In this document: positions 22,707 through 29,083 of the stretch, in pieces
Numbering within the stretch: the stretch's first letter is position 1
How the letters are laid out: every line of letters starts with the position of its first letter
Source: Planctomycetota bacterium
GTDB taxonomy: Bacteria > Planctomycetota > GCA-002687715 > DRQF01
Length of the DNA: 29,083 bases
Assembly: GCA_041601735.1 (NCBI GenBank)
Contig: JBFIHP010000001.1
Coordinates: 1 to 29,083 of the forward strand
Direction of reading: 5' to 3'
The notes under the pieces: model-generated
Seen by the model: only the letters and a program-made list of their open reading frames with translations
Databases searched by the model: none
Told to the model about the DNA's origin: nothing
Translations under genes and position numbers: made by a program

Positions 22707-24926
22707 TCAGAACCGGACCTCGAGCGAGACGTAGGCGTTGATGCCCGCGGCGTCCCAGCGGCTGTGGGCGCCGCGGTATTTCTTGTCGGTGAAGTTCTCG
22801 ACGCCGAAGTCCATCCGCGCCTTCTCGCAGAAGCGGTAGCCCGCGCGGAAATCATAGACCGTGTAGCCGGGCAGGCCGTAGTCGCGCAGCAGCGGCGAGT
22901 TCGGATCCTGGGGGTCGCTCCGGTATCCGGGATCGCTGAGCAGGCGCCCCGGCGGGATGCGGTCGTAGCGGCCGACGATGTCGGCCGAGACCTCGGCGTA
23001 CCAGCGGGCCTCATCGGGCTCCTCGTAGCGCAGCTTCACGATGCCGCGGATCGGATGGGTGTGGCGCAGTGGTTCGTCGTTGGTCTCGTCCTGACCGTAG
23101 TTGTACATGAAGCCCGCGCCGAGCGTGAAGCCCCGCGGAATGCCGTCCCAGATCAGGAGGTCCGGCTTCATCCAGGCCCAGAGCTCGACGCCGTAGACGT
23201 AGGCGTTGCCGTTGGCGCTGGTCATGATCACCGCCTCGTCGGGCGAGAAGTTGCCGTCGCCGTCGAAGTCGTAGAAGGACTGGCCGTTGAAGGTGCCGCT
23301 CACCCGGTTCTGGAAGTCCCCGAAATCGGAGTAGTAGAAGGCGCCCTCCGCGCCCCAGGACTCCTGGTCGGTGCGGAAGCCGAGCTCGATGGTGTCCGAG
23401 GTCACGGGGTCGAGGAAGCCGTTCGGAACCAGCACGCCGAAGCCGAGCTTGACGATGCCGAAGTTGGGCGCGAACTGCCTGAAGCCGCGGCTGTAGGTCA
23501 ACCAGACGTCGGTGTTCTCGTCCGGGTGGAAGAGCAGGGAGAGGGCGCCGGTCGCCGTGAATTCGTCCTCGTCGATGTTCGCGAGCTCCGGCTGGCCGCC
23601 CGGATCGACGTAGCGGCCGTCTACGTCGGTCGAGAACAGGTAGGCCTGGAGGCGGATGCCGCCCTGGATCTCGAACCAGTCGGTGATCGTCCACTCGTCG
23701 GTGATGAAGAAGCCGATGCCCTGCCAGGTCGAGTCGGGCGCCGGCTTGGTCACGGCGCCGCCGTTCTTCGGGTAGATCGTGAACTGCTCGTCGTCCGGGC
23801 TCTCCCCCCAGGTCACCTCGTAGTCGATGCCGTAGACGATGCGGTGCGCATCTAGGTCGCGTTCGAGCACCAGCGAGGTCTGGAAGGTGTCCCACTCGGC
23901 GATGCCGATGGCCGTGAGGTTCGAGGTCCCGTCCTTGACCGGACCGTCGAAGAAGCGGCGGACGTCCTTCTTCGACTGGTAGTAGACCTTGAAGCTCATC
24001 CGGTCGGCGAAGAAGAGATCGAGATCCTCGCGCTCCCAGAGGACGTTCACGCCCGTGCGGTCGTTGAAGTTGTCCTGGGTCGGGCGGTAGTAGCGGTGGA
24101 GGTGATCGCGGTTCACGTCCTGCACCGAGACCGTGAGGTAGTCGTTCTCGGACAGCCGGAACTGGAACTTGCCGTCGAAGTTCCACTCCTCGCCGCTGGT
24201 CGGCTCCTGGGTCCGGTGCGGGCTCCGGACGTCGTCGCTCGCCCGCTGCGTCGCGCCGACGATCCAGCGGAAGTCGCCGTAGGCGCCGTAGAACTCCTCG
24301 CGCAGCGACCACTCGTCGGCGGCGCTGGCGTAGTAGGCGCGGAGCCGTCCGCCCAGCTCGAGTTCGCCCTCGTTGTAGTCGAAGGGCGAGCTCTTCGTGA
24401 TGAAGTTGACGACGCCGCCCAGCGCGTTGGCGCCGTAGCGCAGCGAGGCCGGCCCCCGCAGCACCTCGATGCGTTCGATCGATTCACCATCGACCTTGCC
24501 GTACATGTCGTCGCCGGCGAAACCGCCCTCGCCCCAGAAGGTCGAGAGCGTGCTGCCGTCGATCAACGCGAGGATGTTGCCGCCCGACAGGCCGCGGAGG
24601 ACGATGTCGGAGGTGCTCTGCGTCCGCTTCTCGACCCAGATGCCGATCTGGTCGTCGAGAGCGTCGAGCGCCGAGATCAGCACGCGCTCTCGCAGACGCT
24701 CTTCGTCCACGACGGTCACCGAGGCGGCGACGTCGTGCAGGCTCCGGTTGGCGCGGGCGGCGGTCACGATCAGGTCGGCGCCGCGCTCGATGGCCGAGCG
24801 ATCGTCCCGCGGCAGGGGAGGCTTCTCGTCCTGCGCCGCGATCGGCGGCGCCAACCAGAAGAGCAGGACGACGACGATCCAGGTACTGCCATGACGAGGT
24901 CCCGTTCCGCTCTTCGCGCTGCGCAT
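22707..24926 (-). CDS. TonB-dependent outer-membrane receptor
   Basis: Signal peptide ending IAA-Q, TonB box LIVTA, plug motifs SVTVVD and IERIEVLRGPASLRYGANALGGVVNFITK, C-terminal VENFTDKKY...YVSLEVRF. Start is 24926 (SD AGGAG) or 24947. The 25193 start lies upstream of the predicted promoter. Confidence 0.93.
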   Translation of the reverse strand: MRSAKSGTGPRHGSTWIVVVLLFWLAPPIAAQDEKPPLPRDDRSAIERGADLIVTAARANRSLHDVAASVTVVDEERLRERVLISALDALDDQIGIWVEKRTQSTSDIVLRGLSGGNILALIDGSTLSTFWGEGGFAGDDMYGKVDGESIERIEVLRGPASLRYGANALGGVVNFITKSSPFDYNEGELELGGRLRAYYASAADEWSLREEFYGAYGDFRWIVGATQRASDDVRSPHRTQEPTSGEEWNFDGKFQFRLSENDYLTVSVQDVNRDHLHRYYRPTQDNFNDRTGVNVLWEREDLDLFFADRMSFKVYYQSKKDVRRFFDGPVKDGTSNLTAIGIAEWDTFQTSLVLERDLDAHRIVYGIDYEVTWGESPDDEQFTIYPKNGGAVTKPAPDSTWQGIGFFITDEWTITDWFEIQGGIRLQAYLFSTDVDGRYVDPGGQPELANIDEDEFTATGALSLLFHPDENTDVWLTYSRGFRQFAPNFGIVKLGFGVLVPNGFLDPVTSDTIELGFRTDQESWGAEGAFYYSDFGDFQNRVSGTFNGQSFYDFDGDGNFSPDEAVIMTSANGNAYVYGVELWAWMKPDLLIWDGIPRGFTLGAGFMYNYGQDETNDEPLRHTHPIRGIVKLRYEEPDEARWYAEVSADIVGRYDRIPPGRLLSDPGYRSDPQDPNSPLLRDYGLPGYTVYDFRAGYRFCEKARMDFGVENFTDKKYRGAHSRWDAAGINAYVSLEVRF

Positions 24927-24975
24927 GATCCGCTCCTGGTTGACCATCACTCTCCCGCCGTCCGATCGGTCAGGG

Positions 24976-24990
24976 GCAAGCCTCGTGCCG
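24976..24990 (-). promoter_or_regulatory. Sigma-54 (-24/-12) promoter of the TBDR gene
   Basis: Minus strand reads CGGCACG-AGGC-TTGC, a near-consensus YTGGCACG-N4-TTGC. Predicted TSS is about 24964. Confidence 0.65.
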
Positions 24991-25087
24991 TTGTCGAGCT
25001 TCTCTTCTGCGGCGATGGGCACCGCGTTTGCGCGTTGGAGGCGGGTTGCGCGCCGGAGCGCGGCCCTGACGTGACGAGGACGTAACG

Positions 25088-25954
25088 ATGTCGGTCTTCT
25101 TGACGGAGCGAAGGGGGGAGATGGAGGGCGCGCGGCCCGGACATTCGCCCCTGCGACGATCTGTCTCTCGTTTCCTCGAGGTGACACCGTCAAGGAAGCT
25201 GACAGGTCGAGGCCTTCGCCGTCTGCTCGTCTTGCGCTTCAGGAGGGCGGCACGAGCGCGCTGGTGGCGCGGCTCGCTCTTCTTCTCGACCCTGCTCCAC
25301 CTCCTCGTCCTGACGATCGTGCTCACGACCCTGCAGCACGAGCGGGCGGCGCGGCTGCCGGAGATCGCCTGGGAGATCGCGGCCTTCACCACTCCCGACG
25401 AGATGGAGATCGCCGAGCGGCTCCCGCCATTGCCGGCCGAGGAGCCGCTGGAGGAGCGCGAGCCCGACGCGCCGGTGTTCGAGCCCGAGCCGCGTGACGA
25501 AGCCGATGAGGTCGAACGACCGAGCGATCCCCGGGAATGCGCGGTCGATCGCGATCGCCTGCGTCTGCCCGAGGCCTCGATGCCGAGGCCGCCTCGCATC
25601 GAGATGGCGAGCGCCGTCGGGAAGAGCCTCGAGGCCGAGGCGCCGCCGAGCCTGCCCGAACCGGCTGTTCCCGCCGTCATCACGACGGCGAAGCCGACCG
25701 CCGGATCGACGCCGGCGCCGCGCTATCCCAGGCTCGCGCGGAAGAAGGGCTGGGAGGGCTTCGTCACCCTCGCGGTCGAGGTCGATGCCGCGGGCGCCGT
25801 CGTCGCCGTCACCATCGCTTCGAGCTCAGGCCACGACCAGCTCGATCGGGCCGCGCTCGAGGCCGTCCGGCGCTGGCGCTTCGAGCCCGGCCGCAGGAAC
25901 GGCTTCGCGATCGCCTCGCGGACGGAGGTCACGATCGAGTTCCGGTTGCGCTGA
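25088..25954 (+). CDS. tonB: Energy transducer TonB
   Basis: TM with SxxxH (STLLH), Pro/Glu-rich spacer, and TonB_C domain (PRYPRLARKKGWEG.V.L.VEVD..G.V...I..SSGH..LDRAALEAVRRWRFEP). The start is uncertain (25088, 25121 or 25181). Confidence 0.9.
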   Translation: MSVFLTERRGEMEGARPGHSPLRRSVSRFLEVTPSRKLTGRGLRRLLVLRFRRAARARWWRGSLFFSTLLHLLVLTIVLTTLQHERAARLPEIAWEIAAFTTPDEMEIAERLPPLPAEEPLEEREPDAPVFEPEPRDEADEVERPSDPRECAVDRDRLRLPEASMPRPPRIEMASAVGKSLEAEAPPSLPEPAVPAVITTAKPTAGSTPAPRYPRLARKKGWEGFVTLAVEVDAAGAVVAVTIASSSGHDQLDRAALEAVRRWRFEPGRRNGFAIASRTEVTIEFRLR

Positions 25955-25963
25955 GCACGCGGC

Positions 25964-27571
25964 TCAGCCTTCCTCGAGCATCTCGTCCGCGATGTCGGCG
26001 GGGAGCGCGGGCCCTTCGGCGAAGAGCTCGTCGTGGAAGGCCGCCGCCGCGAAGGCGGCGCCCCTTCGCTTCGCGACCGCATCCCGCAGCTCCTCGAAGG
26101 CGCGCGCGCCGAAGTGGTAGGCGACGGCCTGCAGCGGGGCGCGCTGGTAGCGCTGGAGTTCCCAGTAGGCCGAGGGCAGACCGGCGTTCAGGCAGACGAA
26201 GGACTCGACCTCCTCGGGTGTCATGGCCTCGCGGTGCAGTTCGATCTCGGCGATCACCCGGACCGCGCGCAGGGCCTCGGCCGCAAGGGCGAAGAGGAGG
26301 TCGGCGCCCTGGTGACAGCCCGCCAGTCGGGCGCGCTTCTCGGCGTAGACCGCGTAGCCCTCGATGTTCAGCATGGCGCCGAAGTTCAGCCGCGGGATCG
26401 CGACGTCGTCGGCGACCGCGATGAAGCGCAGAGGCGCCCTCGCGGCCTTGAAGGCGCGCTGGAAGCCGCGCGACTGGAGGAAGTGGCCGGGTGCGCCCTC
26501 GTGCACGGCGAGGACCGCTGACCAGGCTCGCGAGTGCGCGCCGGGATCGGGGTGGAGCACGAATTGCCCCGCTGCCTTCTCGTCCAGCACAGGCGCCGGC
26601 CAGTTGGTGCCCGGGCCCATGTCGCGCATGCCCTCGGGGTAGTCGTCCATGCCGATCTCGTCGGCATCGAAGGCCGTGTATTCACCGGCTTCCGCGAGCC
26701 GTCGCATCACCCGATCGATGATCCCGCGGTAATGCGCGCGCAGGTCGCAGCCCTTCTGCAGCTTCTCCTTCTGCAGCTCGAGCATCAGGGCATGCACTCC
26801 GGCCAGGTCGTCGATGCTGGCGCCGCCCTCGAGCTTGCGCGCCACCGCCTTCATCTCGGCCTGGGTCACGCGCAGCGACTCACGGGCCTCGGCGACGAGC
26901 TCGTCGAGCGGGCGCGAGATGCCGTGGGTGAGGGCGAGCCTGTGGGCGTAGTCCTCCGCCCCGAGGATGGCGGTCACCGGCGCCCGAGGGAGCAGCTCCT
27001 CGGCGATGAAGGCGGCATGGCGGTCATAGGCGAGGGCGGCCTTCTCGTCGAGCCGCGCGAAGAAGGCGCGGGCCGCCGGCAGCTCATGTTCGCGCAGGTC
27101 GCTCAGGAATGCGCGATGCGCCACCTGTCCGCGGGCGAGCGCCGCCTCGAGGGCGCGGCGATGGGCGGCGAGGAAGTCCGGAATCCGCGCCGCGCGGCGT
27201 CGGTAGGGACCCTCGCGATCGAGGATCTCGGCGGGGCTCGCTCGCCTGCGCGAGGCGAGGTAGCGGGTCATCGAGTACGGATAGGTCGCCCACTGCGGAT
27301 TGGCGGCCTGGATCCCCTGCTCGTGGGCGAGGCATTCGAAGCGCGCGTGGCGGAGCAGGGTGAGGCGATCGAGACGTGCCGAGGGCGTCTCGATCCGCCG
27401 GGGCTGCCGACAGGCCTCGCGGGCGTTCCGCCAGAGCGCGGCCCGGCCCTCGTCGGCCTCCGGCGACATGTCGCGCAGGCGCTCGTCATGGCCCTCGAGC
27501 CCGAGGCTTGCGACCTCCTCGGGTTCGAATTCGGCGTAGTTCCTGAAGAAGTCTTCGAGGCGCATCGACAT
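25964..27571 (-). CDS. DUF885 family protein (putative metallopeptidase fold)
   Basis: HEGAPGHFLQ and EGYAVYAE motifs, plus the N-terminal P..ASLG...D.RL.D.S pattern. SD GGGAG and -10 TACGAT at 27603-27598. No signal peptide. Confidence 0.88.
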   Translation of the reverse strand: MSMRLEDFFRNYAEFEPEEVASLGLEGHDERLRDMSPEADEGRAALWRNAREACRQPRRIETPSARLDRLTLLRHARFECLAHEQGIQAANPQWATYPYSMTRYLASRRRASPAEILDREGPYRRRAARIPDFLAAHRRALEAALARGQVAHRAFLSDLREHELPAARAFFARLDEKAALAYDRHAAFIAEELLPRAPVTAILGAEDYAHRLALTHGISRPLDELVAEARESLRVTQAEMKAVARKLEGGASIDDLAGVHALMLELQKEKLQKGCDLRAHYRGIIDRVMRRLAEAGEYTAFDADEIGMDDYPEGMRDMGPGTNWPAPVLDEKAAGQFVLHPDPGAHSRAWSAVLAVHEGAPGHFLQSRGFQRAFKAARAPLRFIAVADDVAIPRLNFGAMLNIEGYAVYAEKRARLAGCHQGADLLFALAAEALRAVRVIAEIELHREAMTPEEVESFVCLNAGLPSAYWELQRYQRAPLQAVAYHFGARAFEELRDAVAKRRGAAFAAAAFHDELFAEGPALPADIADEMLEEG

Positions 27572-27679
27572 GAACGGGCTCCCTTCCCGGGCCTTCCATC
27601 GTAACGAGGGGGCTCGACAATCCGCCGGGGTCGGCGGGCCGGACTGGTCGAGTCGCCCCCGCTTCGGTTACTCAGAGGC

Positions 27680-29083
27680 ATGAACACGGCACCCGAGAAT
27701 CGCCTCGTCCTCCTCACGGGGGCCACCGGATACGTCGGCGGGCGCCTCCGCGTCGAGATCGAGGAGATGGGGCTGCGCCTGCGCTGCATGGCCCGGCATC
27801 CCCGGAATCTCCGCGATCGCGTCGCCGCCGCCACCGAGGTCGTCGCCGGCGACGTCTTCGACCCGGCGTCACTCGATCGCGCCCTGGAGGGGGTCGATTG
27901 CGCCTTCTACCTGATCCACTCGATGGGCTCCGACGAGGACTTCGAGCTGAAGGACCGCGAGGCGGCGCAGGCCTTCGCCGCAGCCGCGGCCCGGAAGGGC
28001 GTCGGGCGGATCGTCTATCTGGGCGGGCTCGGCCACGACGACGAGGGCGAGCTCTCGCCTCACCTCAGGAGCCGGCAGGAGGTCGGGCGCATCCTGCGCG
28101 AATCCGGCGTGCCGACCATCGAGTTTCGCGCATCGATCGTGATCGGCTCGGGCAGCCTCTCCTTCGAACTCGTCCGTGCTCTCGTCGAGCGGTTGCCGGT
28201 CATGCTCACGCCGAGCTGGACCACGGTCGAGGCCCAGCCCATCGCCATCCGCGATCTGGTCGCCTATCTCCTCGCGGCCATCGATCTCGAGCTCGACGAG
28301 AGCCGGGTCTACGAGATCGGCGGCGCCGACCGCTGCTCCTACGAGAGCCTCATGCGCCAGTACGCGAAGCAGCGCGGGCTGAAACGGCTGATGCTGCGCG
28401 TGCCGGTCATCACGCCCTGGCTCTCGAGTCTCTGGCTCGGACTCATCACGCCGATCTACGCCCGCGTCGGCCGCAAGCTGGTCGAGAGCATCAAGCATCC
28501 GACGGTCGTGCGCGACGATCGCGCGCTGCGTGACTTCGCCATCGGGCCCATGGACATGGCGACCGCGATCGCCCGCGCCCTCGAGAAGGAGGAGCGCCAG
28601 ATCGTCGCCTCGCGCTGGTTCGACGCCCTGTCCTCCGGCGGGGAGCAGCGCAGCTGGGAAGGCGTGCGCTTCGGCCTGCGGCTCGGCGATCGCCGCTCGG
28701 TACGCGTGCCGCTCAGGGCGGCGGAGGCCTTCCGGCCCATCCGTCGCATCGGCGGCGAGACCGGCTGGTACGCCTTCGGTCGGCTCTGGCGACTGCGCGG
28801 CTTCATCGATCTTCTGATCGGCGGCGTCGGCCTCCGGCGCGGTCGGAGGCACCCGGACGAGGTCCACGTCGGCGACGCGCTCGACTTCTGGCGCGTCGAG
28901 GCCTACGAGCCGGATCGCCGGCTGCGCCTCGCCGCCGAGATGAAGCTGCCCGGGCGCGCGTGGCTCGAGTTCGAGGTCGAGCCGGCCGAGGGCGGAGCGA
29001 CGATCCACCAGACCGCCCTGTACGATCCCGTGGGCCTGTGGGGTCTCGCCTACTGGTACCTCATCTATCCGCTTCACTGCGTC
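27680..29083 (+). CDS. NAD(P)-binding SDR/epimerase with DUF2867-like C-terminus (YbjT-like), 3'-truncated; absent from the ORF track
   Basis: ATG 27680 gives MNTAPENRLVLLTGATGYVGGRL, then FYLIHSM, IVYLGGLG, LSPHLRSRQEVG, EFRASIVIGSGSLSFE, LRLAAEMKLPGRAWLEFEV, GLAYWYLIYPLH. The frame is open to the window end. Confidence 0.93.
   Translation, partial: MNTAPENRLVLLTGATGYVGGRLRVEIEEMGLRLRCMARHPRNLRDRVAAATEVVAGDVFDPASLDRALEGVDCAFYLIHSMGSDEDFELKDREAAQAFAAAAARKGVGRIVYLGGLGHDDEGELSPHLRSRQEVGRILRESGVPTIEFRASIVIGSGSLSFELVRALVERLPVMLTPSWTTVEAQPIAIRDLVAYLLAAIDLELDESRVYEIGGADRCSYESLMRQYAKQRGLKRLMLRVPVITPWLSSLWLGLITPIYARVGRKLVESIKHPTVVRDDRALRDFAIGPMDMATAIARALEKEERQIVASRWFDALSSGGEQRSWEGVRFGLRLGDRRSVRVPLRAAEAFRPIRRIGGETGWYAFGRLWRLRGFIDLLIGGVGLRRGRRHPDEVHVGDALDFWRVEAYEPDRRLRLAAEMKLPGRAWLEFEVEPAEGGATIHQTALYDPVGLWGLAYWYLIYPLHCV

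Noticed and set aside
24947-25144. 65-aa minus-strand ORF ending at the TBDR start, as a possible leader peptide; also a cobalamin riboswitch or Fur box here
   Set aside because: The ORF spans the predicted sigma-54 promoter, overlaps tonB and has no arrest or metal motif. No B12-box or Fur-box pattern is visible.
16681-25193. N-terminal extensions in the ORF track (16944, 18213, 21398, 25193; likewise 7473 and 14059 outside this span)
   Set aside because: Downstream starts have SDs, signal peptides or family N-termini and lie after the predicted promoters. The extensions overlap neighbouring genes or promoters.
5192-25954. A single metal-homeostasis island (TauE, cytochrome, His porin, Zn-ADH, TBDR, TonB)
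   Set aside because: The genes alternate in orientation, have separate promoter types and are interspersed with unrelated genes. Nothing shows co-regulation.
20647-25964. Tight or overlapping convergent gene ends (11-bp overlap at 20647-20657; 4-bp and 9-bp gaps at 22702/22707 and 25954/25964)
   Set aside because: This is common in compact bacterial genomes, and there is no sign of antisense regulation.
371-29077. Many long alternative-frame or antisense ORFs (e.g. 371-2209 -, 5276-7069 +, 7347-9791 -, 11513-13372 +, 16604-19012 +, 18387-20432 -, 27869-29077 -)
   Set aside because: They are Arg/Gly/Ala/Pro-rich or mirror real genes, carry no motifs, and are the expected shadows of codon bias at about 70% GC.
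1-29083. tRNA/rRNA genes, CRISPR arrays, IS elements, integrases, compositional islands
   Set aside because: The intergenic gaps are short and show no cloverleaf, spaced repeats or transposase motifs. I saw no obvious GC shift by eye, including across the RelE-helicase gene.

Overview
High-GC (visually about 70%) diderm bacterial DNA. It is most likely a planctomycete-like organism; this is inferred from the ECF sigma factor, the Ser/Thr kinase type, the DUF6288-like and FG-GAP secreted proteins, and the TonB/TBDR pair. About 19 genes tile the window in alternating orientation, and most other long ORFs in the track are antisense or off-frame shadows. Gene order: ECF sigma (5'-truncated), ZU5-like/propeller lipoprotein, STK-FGE kinase, TauE exporter, orphan secreted protein, pentaheme cytochrome c, polysaccharide-lyase-like protein, His-rich outer-membrane barrel, DUF2946-like RAPP leader ORF, Zn-ADH, YaiI, RelE-like/UvrD helicase fusion, DUF6288-like protein, FG-GAP/Ig protein, methyltransferase, HEWGTF-motif protein, TonB-dependent receptor, TonB, DUF885, YbjT-like SDR (3'-truncated). 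The best leads are: (1) a His/CxxC/RAPP putative ribosome-arrest leader ORF with alternative RNA pairings that could gate the SD of a His-rich metal porin; (2) a stand-alone RelE-like/SF1 helicase fusion with no antitoxin and a palindrome over its promoter; (3) readable promoter grammar, namely two sigma-54 -24/-12 motifs, one ECF motif and three apparently leaderless genes. I saw no tRNA, rRNA, CRISPR array or transposase. All family calls come from motif recognition by eye, not database searches.
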